Source of the DNA: the human T2T-CHM13v2.0 reference genome, Homo sapiens
Direction: 5' to 3' (one strand)
NCBI RefSeq assembly: GCF_009914755.1
Contig: NC_060940.1
Length of the DNA: 64,000 nucleotides
How positions within the stretch are numbered: position 1 is the first letter of the stretch; each line of letters begins with the position of its first letter. Of the stretch, positions 26,515 to 41,815 are shown piece by piece. A program made the position numbers and the translations under genes. The notes under the pieces are model-generated. The model made no database searches. It worked only from the letters and a program-made list of their open reading frames with translations, and was not told the origin of the DNA.

Positions 26515-26700
26515 AAAAAAAAATTATTTATGGATCTCTGACTATATACTAGGCATGTTCTTAAAACTTATAGACATGACCACAATTCATCCCAACAATA
26601 ATGTTAGAGGGTGTGCCTTATTCCCATTTCACAGAACTGAAAACTGAGCCTTGGGAGCGTTCCATGATTGCCTGTGGGTTTACACTCATGTTGACTCCAC
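26515..26700 (-). mobile_element. MIR fragment
   Basis: ttattcccatttcacagaactgaaaactgagcc. Confidence 0.65.
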
Positions 26701-27043
26701 CGTGCTGCAGACAGAGGCCCCTGAGTTTACCGTGTGTTCACCTGCCCTGCACGCCAGAATGAAGATCTAGAGATGGTACAAGAAGTGTCTGCACACGTCC
26801 TAATAGGCCGGGAGAGGAGGAGGGGAGCTCATTCCTTCCCCTTGCTGGCAGCTCCTTTCCCAAACACACTTGCAGGGAGGCAACTGCCGCAAGACGCCTT
26901 TGCACTTGCCTCACCTGGCCCACCCCACGCTCCTCTCCTTGCCACTCGGCCAAACAAGCGCAAGTGAAGAGTGATGCCGACCAGTTGTTGAGCATATATA
27001 GGCCACCTGGATCACCCAACCAGGAAATCAAAACTGCAGCCAT

Positions 27044-27693
<650 letters not shown>

Positions 27694-28149
27694 TTAAGAA
27701 TCTGCAGCATCGATCGACAGCCTCAGTTCCTCCCTGGGAAAAGGAGTTCTCTTTGGCTGTAAACTGGTCTCTAACTGTTGTGATTCTGAGATGTCATTTT
27801 CATCTCTGCACTGAGTCCTGTTTTATCGCCCATGTGTGCTGTACAGACATCCGATTTATTCACTGTCCACTCTCCAGGTGTCTCGGTGATCCAGAACTCA
27901 TTTAAGAAGGAGGCATGGAAAGTCTTTGAGTGCCCGAACACACAACAAACCTGCATAGTAAAACACATGGGCTTTATTTATGCCTGCAACACTCATTCTG
28001 TGTTTATTTACTCTTTGTTTAAACACAATTCTAACAAACTTGATTATTTTGTACAGATACATTAGAATGATCACATTAGAAAGGAACAGAGAAAAGTAAA
28101 ATCAGATATAGTAGATTAATTAATTAATGAGTGTACGTGTGGGTGTTTT

Positions 28150-28320
28150 TTATATATATAGTTATATATATTATATTGTTTTATGTATAGTTATATATAT
28201 TATATTGCTACCTAGTTATATATATAGTTATATATGTTATATATAGTTATATATTTTATGTATAGTTTTATACATTATATTGTTATATATAGTTATATAT
28301 TATATATATATATATATGTA
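28150..28320. repeat. AT-rich (TA)n / TATATAGT low-complexity repeat
   Basis: Direct observation. Confidence 0.9.
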
Positions 28321-28789
28321 AAATATTAAAGGCAATGGAGAAAAAATAAAGACAGGCATATGGCAGTCAGGAGATGTTTAACTGAGAGCCAAAAGTCCTC
28401 CATAGGTCAGCTGTCCCTGAGGGCACCGTGGCCCTCCCACAGCAAGAGACGTGCCATGTAATGATCAAGTGTTCAGGTGTTTCCATTCCCCTTCTTAAAG
28501 TCTAAGACAAAAACTCACACCTGGACCAGGCTGACTCTCCTGGTGTAAAGCAGGAAGATGTGATGAAAACTAGAGCCAGGAATGTCAACTCGCACTTTAG
28601 TCTGGGATGCTTGTGTGGTCAGTTTCGCCCACAGAACCCCAAAAGAAATTACACTGAGGGCTACGTCCTGACCCCTTTCCCCAGTCCCCAGGGTCACGGG
28701 GCAGAAACTTCTCTCCCACACACCAAGCCCCAGGCCAGGGCCCTCGGAAACCTCCCATGTCCTCGTCCCACCTGCCCCATGTGGTTGTC

Positions 28790-28935
28790 ACTGTTTCTCC
28801 CATATTAGAGATGACAGAACCAAGACTCAGACAAGGGAAATGCATCCAATCCAAAGGCACAGAAATGATGGTGGAGATGCAAGTGCTGCATCCCAGGTCT
28901 AGCTGACTCCAAAGCCCATGGGCTTTTTTCCAGTG
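28790..28935 (-). mobile_element. MIR fragment
   Basis: cccatattagagatgacagaaccaagactcagac...cccaggtctagctgactccaaagccc. Confidence 0.7.
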
Positions 28936-29762
28936 TTTCTTTCTGCACTTGACCAAAATTGGGAGACTCCTGGTGATGGCAAGCTGACTGTCTCCTGCGG
29001 CGTTTCATTGCGTCTGTCAAGTTTCATTTCAGGGGATAGGGATGCAGCAGCACAGATTCGAACCTTCCCAAATCTCCAATAAAAACAGACAGAACAATGA
29101 GAAGGCAAAACTAAACCCTTAGACAACCTCTACAGCAAATGAGGTGACAAGCTGTCCCCAAACTACAAATACAATCAGGTGGCGGAGGGCACCAAATACA
29201 AGTACCTGTGTGTCACCAGCATCTGTGTAGGGCACAGCAAGGGAAGCTCCAGGGCTCTGGCAGGCTGGAGATCAGGGAACAGCAAAGTAGCCAACAGATG
29301 CTCAGAGGCAAACATGACAAACCACAGGACAGTGGCAGAAGCTGAGAGGAGTTTCTAACTAAAAGCAGGTGATGTCAAGAAGTCTAGTCTAGGGTAGGCT
29401 GACCTCCATAGATTCTCCAGAATGAATGTCCAGGGCTTCCTTCCAGGGCAGGGCCCTTGCTGACAGCAGATTCAACACTGAGACAAGAGGGATGACAGAG
29501 ACAAAGGAAGAGTGGGACCAGATAACAGGGAGGGACGGGGAAGGAGCCAGGAAATACCAGCACACCAGCTACCAAAGCGTTAACAGTATATGAGAACAAA
29601 CAGAGAAGCAAAGAAAGGAGCTCCCTGACTTAGGTCAGCTACCAGAGGTAATTTCCCAAAAGTGGAGGACAATCACATCAAAAAAAAGAGGGGAGAAAAA
29701 ATTTTTGAGTTTAACTAGGATACAAATTTACTACAAGCAGAATGAAAATAAGGAACAGAATA

Positions 29763-30202
29763 AGAAGCCTGTGGCCAAATTTGACCCACAGTCTGTTTCA
29801 CAGGGCCCATGAGCTGAGAGTGTTTTTCACTTTTTTTTTTCCCCGAGATGAAGTCTCACTCTGTCACCCAGGCTGGAGTGCAGTGGCATGATCTCGGCTC
29901 CCTGCAACCTCTGCCTCCCGGGAGCAATTCCCCTGCCTCAGCCTCCTGAGTAGCTGGGATTACAGGCACACGCTACCACACCCAGCTAATTTTTTGTATT
30001 TTTAGTAGAGACGGGGTTTCACCATGTTGGTCAAGCTGGTCTCGAACTCCTGACCTCATGATCCGCCCGCCTCAGCCTCCCAAAGTTCTGCGATTACATT
30101 GTTAAAAAGAAAAAGAAAAATATGTGACAGCGATTTTCTGCAAATCACAGGCCTAAAATATTTGCTGTCTGGTCCTTTATTGAAAATCTTGGCTGACCCT
30201 TG
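29763..30202 (+). mobile_element. MER58B hAT element split by an Alu
   Basis: gcctgtggccaaatttgaccc...cccatgagctgagag...gcctaaaatatttgctgtctggtccttta...ggctgacccttg. Confidence 0.75.
29831..30098 (-). mobile_element. AluS, 5'-truncated
   Basis: Antisense Alu ending at gattaca. Confidence 0.92.
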
Positions 30203-30913
30203 CTATAAATAACAAAAGCATGCCAGACAGAAGCAAACTTTAATTTTTTGAAAAAAAGGAACTGTAATGACCGACTTCAAAATGAGCTAAAAGATATTGA
30301 TGAAATGACTAAAGTCATGAAAGAACAACATCCGTTGGAATCAGGAAATCTCACGAAGGAGGTGATGGGAGTCCAGGAGGGAAAAGAGTCACTTCATGAA
30401 TGGAGACTAGAGACACATGGGGAAAATAATCATAATTGATACATTAGAGGTAAACAGAGGAAGCTTTTAAAAATCCTTTTTGGTAAGGATTTGAAAAAAA
30501 TTTCAAAGTTAGGCAAAGAAAAGCCAACATACAGATAAGGAGCCCCTGAGGAAGAAAGCCAAAGAGAGAGAAGCAAGCAAGTGGTAAACCCATAACTCGA
30601 GAAAATTTCCCTAAAATTAAAAACATTTGAAATTATATATTAAAAGAGCATACTGTATACCTGATAATATCAATCCAAATGACCAGTAAAGAAAAAAAAC
30701 CCTGGACTTTGGAGGTAAATAAATAACTCTTTGCCCAACTAGGCAAAAAGAGGATGACTTGCAAAGGAAAAAAAAACAAAATTAATCTTCACACTTTTTG
30801 ACAGCAGTACATTGTGCCAGAAGAAAATGGAGCAATGTATTTGCAATATTCAAATAAAGAAAATCTAAGCCAACGATTTTGTATTCACTAAAGCTAATCT
30901 TAAAGAATAAAGA

Positions 30914-31303
<390 letters not shown>

Positions 31304-31458
31304 AGATTACAGATAAACTATAATCAGTGTGCAAGAATGCAGGGAATATTGTTCCCATGATCTCTTAATGGGCAGCTGCTAGAGAATGGGCTTCAGATGG
31401 TAAAATAGTGGAAGTGACATTCTCCAAGGGCTGGTGCTGAGCAGTAAATATAGAATTG

Positions 31459-32394
31459 CAGCCATGCACTGCAGAATGACATTTTGGTCAACAATGAACC
31501 GCATATGTGATGGTGGTCCCATAAGATTGTAGTGGAGATAAAAAAAAAAACTCCTATCGCCTGCCTGCCATAGCACACAACGTGTTACTCACATGTTCGT
31601 GGTGGTGCTTTTACAATAAAGATATAAAGAAAATATTTTTGTACAGTTGCACAATGTGTTTGTGTTTTAAGATACGTATTACAGAAGAGTCAAAATGTTT
31701 TTCAAAACCTAAAAAGTTTATAAAGTAAAAACATTACGGTAAGATTTATTATTGAAGAAAGCAAAAATTTTAATAAATGTAGTCTAGCCTAAGTGTACAG
31801 TGTTTATGATGTCTATAGTAGTGTGTACTAATGTCCTAGGTCTTCACACTCACTCACCACAAATTCACCCAGACAAACTTCCAATCCAGTGAGCTCCATT
31901 CACAGATAAGTGCCCTATAGAGGCATGCCATTTTTATCTTTTGTATTATATTTTTACTGTACCCTATTTTTAAATATGTTTGAATACACAAATCCTTACC
32001 ACTGTGTTACAGTTGCCTACAGTATTCAGTACAGTCTCATGCTGCCCAAGTCTGAAGCCTAGGGGTGCACAAGGCTCCGCCATCTAGCCTGGGGGTGCGG
32101 CGGGCTCCACCATCTAGCCTGGGTGTGCGGCGGGCTCCATCATCTAGCCTGGGTGTGCGGCGGGCTCCACCATCTAGCCTGGGGGTGCGGTGGGCTCCGC
32201 CATCTAGCCTGGGGGTGCGGCGGGCTCCACCATCTAGCCTGGGTGTGCGGCAGGCTCCACCATCTAGCCTGGGTGTGCGGTGGGCTCTGCCATCTAGGTT
32301 TTTGTGCATGTACTCTGTGATGTTCTCACAACGATGAAATCACCTAATGACAGATTTCTGAGAATGTATCCCTGTTGTTAAACCAAGTGTTGCT
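31459..32394 (+). mobile_element. Tigger3/Golem (MER7-type) non-autonomous DNA transposon
   Basis: 5' end cagccatgcactgcagaatgacattttggtcaacaatgaaccgcatatgtgatggtggtcccataagatt; 3' end atttctgagaatgtatccctgttgttaa. Confidence 0.9.
32056..32295. repeat. 30-bp minisatellite x8 (agcctggg(g/t)gtgcggcgggctccaccatct)
   Basis: agcct recurs every 30 bp from 32056 to 32266. Confidence 0.97.
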
Positions 32395-32479
32395 ATACTT
32401 GTATAACCTTATTAGATGACGGTTAAAAGGGGTAATGGCTATAAGCTCTGACAAGGTAGATAGAAGACAGCCAATAAGA

Positions 32480-33385
32480 AAAGGGGAAGAGAGAGGGCTA
32501 GCTCATGCAGAGCAAAAAGTTAAACCATTTTTAGGTCTTCTAATTGGTGGTGGTAATATTAATATTGTTATTTTGAGATCACTGTATGTGTAAAGTTAGC
32601 TAAAGCGTATTAGCAATTATGGAATATTGCAATGATATCAACTCTTATATCCATGATAACCAGAATTTTCAACGTGGAAGAAAGAATATATAAAAGAGAT
32701 TAAGAAAAACTCTGTAGTCCTGAATTGGAAATAGAACGATCCATATGAACACAAGAAGCATTTATTTAGGAAATACCTAGAAACAAAGACTAACTTAGTA
32801 ACAATCCCTAACACCCAGACTGTGGTTTAAAATATCGTTTCTCATTAAACACACCAGGGCTTCGTGGAGAAATGGCCGATCCTAGATCTGGAGAAGAAGT
32901 GTTCCAGATGAGTGTGGAGTAACAGACACACCACTCAGAAATAAGGCACCAAGCGCTGCTGGGATCCCATTAGAAAGACCCAGAGACACCCTGAGGTTCC
33001 CTGCTGGTCAGTATGAGACAACCTGAGCTTCAGTAAGGATATCAACTGCAGTGGGTGGAAATTCATTCAATATATTTAAATCTACATGTTCATGATAATT
33101 CAAAACAAACAAAACCCTACTGGGTCACCTTTTGAGAATGAGAACGAATCCATTTATAATATTCAGAATTTAGTAAATTCTGGGTAAAAGGAAAGAGTCA
33201 ATTATTTATCTTCCCTTTCATATGTGAACTGTACAAATGATCACAGGAGTGCATCTCTACGTCAACTTACTTCCACTCATAAAACGAAAACGCAATGAGA
33301 GAATTAGAATATCACGATCCTGCAGCTCTCAATTAATGGAAGTAATTAATGGAAAAACATTAAGCATCGATGACTGTTAACAGCA
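32480..33385 (+). mobile_element. L1MC4/5-type 3' region
   Basis: cacccagactgtggtttaaaatatcgtttctcattaa...ccagggcttcgtggagaaatggccgatcctagatctgg. Confidence 0.7.
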
Positions 33386-34257
33386 AAACAGAGTGAAAAA
33401 CAAGGAAAGAACCTAGAAAGGAAAAAGAAATCAGAACTCTTTTCAGTAGGCAGGAAACACGCAAATTCTGGAAACGCTCACAACAATAACAGTATTTCCA
33501 GCAGATACTCAGGTGTGTGAAAACAAACCTGTACAGGTCTAAATGATATACTAACATTTGATTGAGGCAAATTAACTCGTCTCATGCCTTGTAAACAGAA
33601 CTTTTCAATAACCAAAAAGGAAATAAAAACTCTAAATTCATCTCAATCTCATTTTCATGACGGTCACCCATCAAGTGTGGACTACAAATTTGTATTTAAG
33701 GCATTTTATTGCCAGGGCAATTCCATTGTCTTTCACATCTATTTTTGTTTTTGATCGTTGAGGCAACTAATATTGATTTTCAGGAAACAAATCTACAACA
33801 GTTATACCAGCTTTTGTGCTAACTGCAAAGTGAGTGTATCCCAGTTCAGCGTTTCCAAGCAGTGAGGGACACACTTGTGTGACTCAGCCTGAGCTCCTGA
33901 CATCTGTGGGTTCACAAGAGAATTAATTCTGCAGGAAAAGGCCCCTGCCCTTATTAGATTTTACTTGGCTTTTTAGTAAATCTCATTCACTAACTTAATG
34001 AGAAACAAAAGTCATGTGATAAAAAAGTCACAAGCAATAAAATGTTAACTAAATTTATACAGCAGAGGGCTTGAAATTTTCCCTCCATATCAGCAAAACT
34101 GAACTCCACAGTGGAAACAGGAATTGCTATAAATGGCCTCAGACCTAAGCATGGGGACCTTTTTTATATTCAGGATGTAGCTTATTCCAGAGAGAGCACA
34201 CACAATGTAGACATTTGAAGTGCTAGAAATGAGTCTAAATCTTTACTAGTTGGGAGC

Positions 34258-34475
34258 AGTAATAATAACCCAGATTTATTGCATACGATATATGTGCCAA
34301 GCTATCATAACAGCTTTAAACACATTAACTCCTTTAACCTTATAGGGAAGGTTATTATTATGCCCATTTTGCTAATGGTAAAACTGAGGCCCAAAGGGTA
34401 AGGGGACTTACCCGAGAGGGACTTATTCTCAGGGAATAATCGGCAGCGATGGGGTCCAACCTCTAAGCCAAGGCT
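34258..34475 (-). mobile_element. MIR
   Basis: ttattattatgcccattttgctaatggtaaaactgaggcccaaagggtaaggggacttacccgag. Confidence 0.8.
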
Positions 34476-34476
34476 A

Positions 34477-34825
<349 letters not shown>

Positions 34826-35887
34826 GGGGAGCCTGAATTACAGAATAATTCCAAAAGAGGATTGCCATGGAGGAGGAGACAGTGCCTCCCCAGACGGGCG
34901 CTGGGACCCCAGCGGCACCACCTGCATCTGAAAGACAAACGCATTTTCAGCCGCCTCCTTCTGATGAGTTTTATCACAGTATTTCTTCTGAATTTCAGTT
35001 ACCATCCGAGACTGAGGCCTTCAGGCTCCTCAAAAGAGAGCATGGACATTAACATGGAGATGCCTTTGTTCAATATGGAATTCCATGACCTGGCAGGACA
35101 TTTTCATGCGACAAGTTCACCTTATCCAGTGCAACCCCATCAGCTGCTGCGGTGGGTAGAGGAAAAAACATGTTTACAATTAGCACGGCCATTGTCTAGA
35201 TGGAAATTGGTCCTTGTGATAAACGGGCTTAAGTATCATTTGCAGTACACTTGCTAAGACCTGGTCTCACTCCACCATCCCAGGAGCTCTGAGAGGTGGC
35301 ATCATTATGGTCTCCTGTCCTGGTGGGACAAGCCCGAGGTGGAAGGACATGCCCACACTCAGGCGAGGGCCCTGCGGGGAATCCACACTCAGTGTTACAC
35401 ACACACACACAGCTCTGTCCGCCAAGCTGTTCAGCAAAAGCCCTCCCAGGTCATCTCAGCCAACCAGAGAGAAAAGGGCTCCCGTGTGTCGTCTGCTGCT
35501 GTTCCCCAGCCATGGGGTGGACATCTGCTTCTTGCATCCCTCACCTCGACATCCTCTTCCCCAAGGGGCAGTGATGGCTCCTCCACGGCAGGAGGGCCCT
35601 GAAGTGGGGACCCCAGCTCCCAGCTGCAGGTCGGGCATGGGGTCCACGTTGCACCCATTGGATCACTTCTTCCCGGACGTCAGCACGGGCATGGCAATCT
35701 GTGGAGCCAGCACAGCGATGGCCCTGCCTGTGCAGTCACTGGACTCAGGTGCATAAGGCCTGATGCCGGCCAGGCTCCTACTCCCGGCAGGCAGAAGGGT
35801 TAGCTCTTCCTTTGAATCTGCTGGGTCCCAGTATCCTTCCACAGAATAATTGCTTGTTCTTGCTTCTTCGTGTGAAATGGAGAATTA

Positions 35888-36345
35888 ATTGGGACTCCTA
35901 GCTGCAAGTACCAGAAACCCATCTCAAACCAGCTTAGCCAAAAAGGCCATTGTTGGCTCCCACAACCAGAAAATCTATGGGGTTGGGTCTGGCCTCAGGT
36001 GCACTTGGGTCCAGGGACCTAATGGAAGCCATGCAGAATCTGCCTCTTTCTCTCTCTCTCCACTCCAGCTGTCTTGATTTCGTTCTCAAGTCAAAATGAA
36101 CCTTGGAAGCGCAGGTCTTCATGGACCATAAGAGTTGGGGGTCCCAGCGAAGGGGGTACAGCTTTCCCCATGGCCCTGGGGAGAGGCTGGGGGGGACGGG
36201 TTGGCCTGGATGGTCCCACATCTGCCTGGGGACCTGTTACCATGGATGCAGAAACTCTGGGTATCCAGACCTGGGACATACACTGTCCATGGCCCCAGAA
36301 GCAGGGCCAGCCTTCCCAGAGTCACACAGATCACTGTGGAACCAA
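35888..36345 (-). mobile_element. MLT1 (K/L-like) LTR
   Basis: gctgcaagtaccagaaacccatctcaaaccagcttagccaaaaagg...ttggctc. Confidence 0.65.
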
Positions 36346-38005
36346 GAGTTGACTCTCTCAAGGAAGGGAACCTAACAAATGAACCTCCTCTAAAAAGAAG
36401 GTTACTCCAGTTATAACTAAAGGGTCCTATCTGAGACTAGTCACACTGACTGCCGCAGTCTAAGTGGTGGAGATCCTGAGATAAGTCAGAGCTCAAGGAA
36501 GATGGAGTCGTCACAGAGCTTCCAGAAAAGACGGTCCTTGGAACTTGGATAGCTTGAACGGGAAAGGAGCCGTCTGGGTTCCTGGGGTCTGAAGAAGCCC
36601 CACCTCCTGGGTCTGGGGGTGCCTAGTTGGCCTGTGGTAGAAGACGCCACCCAGACCATCCAGAAGGAACACTGCGTCCAGGTTGTGGTCACCCTTTAAG
36701 TGGCAAGTAGAGAATCCCACAGAAAACCAAGAGCCGAAGTCCACTGCCTAAAGCAGAGCCTCCCTAGGGAAGGGTGGGTTTCCACATCCTTTGGCAGAGA
36801 GAAGACATCAGAGCAAAACCCAATGCCCCGGCTAGGATTGAAGGGCCTGCAGAACAGAATCACAAGGAGAGGGGCTGGATGCCGAATGACAGCTCCGCCC
36901 TCGCTGCTATTTGTCCTCCAGAATCCCAGCTGAGAACCCTGGTGCTACCACTCTCCCCAGCATCTCTGTCCACAGACATTTCATTTCTCTCCTATCAAAC
37001 CATAGGCAGAGAAGGCCACCCCTTGAGAGGACTCAGCTGACAGCTGCAAAACCAGTCTGACTACGGGGCTGGGAGCTCATCTGTGGCCAGCAGGGAGGCT
37101 GGGCCCCATCCTGGCCTCTACACCCACACGGTGGCCCTTCCACGCCCCTCTCCTCCCCCCTGACCACCACCTGTGGCTCCCCATGGAAAAGGCCCATCCA
37201 TCGGCATCAGGCAGACTTGCTCAGCACCTCTGGGGGCTCCACCTCAGCCTCTTGGAGGAAGCACCAAGAGGTCGAGGCTCCAGGCCCCCCATCACCTCTC
37301 CGCTCTCATCCTCCACCACTCACCTGACTCCAGCCACATCGGCCACCCACTGCCCCCAAGCAGACGCCTCCCCCAAGTGCCCTGAGCCCTCCACTCTTGC
37401 CCACCAGCTTCTGCTGAGGCTCCCTCCAGGGCCACACCTGGGACATGTGTGAATCGGGAGCTAATGCCCCCAAAGGCAGCCTCCTTTGCCTTCCCCAAAG
37501 GCAAGTGGCCCAGCTTTCTCGCCCTCTGGAGCACAGCACTGAGGTGGTTCAGTATAGACCCAAATACCCCCAGAAAGATGAGCTCCAACTGCCCAGCAAT
37601 GTGCTGCCCCTTTGCGTAGGCTTTCTTGGTCCCTCCTCTTCCTCGTCTCCCCACCCCACACCCAGCAGAGCTTCCCACAATCACCTCCTGGAGGAGGAGG
37701 TTTGGGTCCTTGTCTCAGGCTCTGCTTCAGGAAGCTCCAGATGGGTGAGGATTTCTGCCTATTTTCTCCCACTGAACCCCCAGTACACCTGCAGGTACCC
37801 TTAAAATGTAATTAAGAAAATGACTCTATTAAAATGCTTCGGCCTTATCCTCTGAGAATCGATGCTATTATTCAAAGTGGATGGGCCAATTTGCATGTCA
37901 GGAAGCTTGAAGGATGGTGAGGAAAAAAAAATGACTTCCCAAGGGCACATGGTCAGTAGCTGGTGAAGACCAAGGACTCCACCTCCTGTCTCCAGACCAT
38001 CAGTG

Positions 38006-38147
38006 GAGGTGTTTCCATCAGGCTAAGAGGGGAAAACTGGAGTAAAAAGTGAGAGGTGACCTACCGGGGAGGTAGAGAGGTGTTTCCACCAGGATAAGAG
38101 GGGAAGAGTGGAGTAAAAAGTGAGAGGTGACCCAGAGGGGAGGTAGA
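38006..38147. repeat. 71-bp tandem duplication, 2 copies, 64/71 identical
   Basis: gaggtgtttcca...ggagtaaaaagtgagaggtgacc...ggggaggtaga at 38006 and 38077. Confidence 0.95.
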
Positions 38148-38224
38148 CGCTTGTGTTTACAAGTGTAGTGGTTAAACCACTGTGGTTAGAGTTGCCTAAG
38201 AAACATTTTTAAAATGTAAATGCC

Positions 38225-39204
<980 letters not shown>

Positions 39205-39719
39205 GATTCTGACTTAATGAATCTGGGGGGACCCAGACATCTGTATTTTTAAAAGTTCTTCTGATGTTTCTAATATGTAACCACAGTTGGGGAACATTAG
39301 ATGAAAAAAATCACCTTGCAGATTTTGCTCCCTAATACCCAAGTAGGTTATCTTTTTCTTCCTCATTGCATTGGTTGGGCTGTTTCATTTTAAAAGGAAA
39401 AAACTCAATCCAACAGGCATATACCAAAGGAGGGGGTAGTGATGAGGACTCAGGGTGTCTGTGGAAGTCCAGGATGAGGCTGCAGCAGGAACTGGAAGGC
39501 CGTTGCCCACCCCAAATTACTGCTTCTGCATCCAGCCCTCTCTCTGCCTTCTCTGCTTCTCCATCCGCAGAGCCAAGAGGGGCAGTCTTCAGGACGCCCG
39601 TGTGCACATCTCCCCATGAAGACATCAGCGCAGCCTGGGTCCCACAGGAGGCTCTGATCATACTAGTGGGGGTGGGGTGACCTCCGGGACCAGTTAACTG
39701 AGGTCAAAGGGGTGGACCA

Positions 39720-40383
<664 letters not shown>

Positions 40384-40689
40384 GACTTCTGTGGTACAAA
40401 AACAGCCTCCCAGGTACTGGTGACTGGTGTTAGAGAGCTGCTTGCGGTCTACCTCATCCCTCTCCCACCAGCTCACACCCCCACAATACTCTTTTTCTTC
40501 CAATTGTCATAATATTTTGCTGTATCTATTTACCATTAACCATACACTAGACAGCCTTTCCTTTTCTCCTTTTAATAAACTCACTTTTTAAACTTGAATG
40601 TGGCCATTTTGTAGGCAGTGGCACCTGTGAAGTCGAGGGTTGCAATGTGTTCGAAATGTTTCAATAATGCATATTTGCATATGCCAGGC

Positions 40690-40908
40690 CATATTAGAGC
40701 TGGAGGCAGAAGGGAAAACATCAATAATATGGATGCTACCTCTGTTCAAAATTTCAGTATTTTGTTCATCGGGAATATTTTTGCATTTTGATTGTTTTAC
40801 ATTGGATTAAATTATTATGTATCTCAATGATTATGGGGGTTTTTAATGTCCTCTTAAATTTTCACCCAAGGCAAGCATCTTACCTGCCCTACTTCAGTTC
40901 CAGTCCTG
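40690..40908 (+). mobile_element. MER96B-like hAT element
   Basis: cctcttaaattttcacccaaggcaagcatcttacctgccctacttcagttccagtcctg resembles the MER96 end. Confidence 0.65.
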
Positions 40909-41059
40909 CAGAATTATTTAAGTGGAAGCTCGAAATAATCATGCCCGTGTCACCTGAGACCTCTTGAGTCCCACACTTTGGAAACACTCACTTCACCTGC
41001 CTAAAATAGAATCAGTGAAGCAGAGGACGCCTTTCATGTCTGCTGGTGCAAATCCCTCT

Positions 41060-41165
41060 CTCCCAAGTGAGGAAACTGAGGCCCAGCGAGGTCGCAGTGA
41101 CAGGCCCCAGCCCCACAGCCGTTTGATGACAACTTCACATCGGAGCCCAGTTCAGTCCGGACACT
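41060..41165 (-). mobile_element. MIR fragment
   Basis: gtgaggaaactgaggcccagcgagg. Confidence 0.6.
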
Positions 41166-41654
41166 TTGCCTGCACCTGATTCTTCTGTCGCTTCATTAAT
41201 CTTATGAATAAGGGAAGAAAAAAGTAAGGGCTATGGCCTCAGCTTTCCATAACTTTGCTTTATTTCTGGAGTGAGCAATCCAGCCCCGGCCGAAGGAATC
41301 ATAAATCCCTCTGGGAAAGAGCCCTGGAACTCCTGAGCCCACGCCAGGGCGGCCCCGGGGGGCACAGGGCTGGCCAGGGAGAGATCGCCCTGCATGCCAC
41401 TTCCACCACCCAAGCCAGGACCCGACATTTTTAGGCAGTGACATCAGAGTGGAGTGAACAGAGACCACCCTTGAAAGGAAAAACAAGTCACAAAAAGGCA
41501 GGCGGGGGATGGTAAAAGGGACCGGGCGGGCCCTCTCCTTTGCCTTGGCGAACACGATAAATTCAAGAGTAAAAATAATCTCGAGTTACATAAGGGAGTT
41601 GCATTTTAATCCCATCACGGGGTGCCAGCCCTGAGGCCAACAGTAAACGTGTCA

Positions 41655-41815
41655 TCCCCTGTGAGCCCCACAGCAGCCCATGGGGGGAAGGTGCTATTTT
41701 ATTCCCATTTTACACAAGAGAAGACCAAGGCTCAGAGAGGTTAAGTGGCTTCTCTGCAGTCTTTCACTCAATAGAACATGGCCAAGATTCAAACCCTGGC
41801 TGTCGGAAGCAGCAG
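41655..41815 (-). mobile_element. MIR fragment
   Basis: ttattcccattttacacaagagaagaccaaggctcagagaggttaagtggctt. Confidence 0.75.

Noticed and set aside
32037-32337. Repeat-peptide ORFs (RTPRLDGGAR)n and a CRISPR-like look
   Set aside because: Head-to-tail 30-bp units with no unique spacers and no cas genes; a eukaryotic minisatellite
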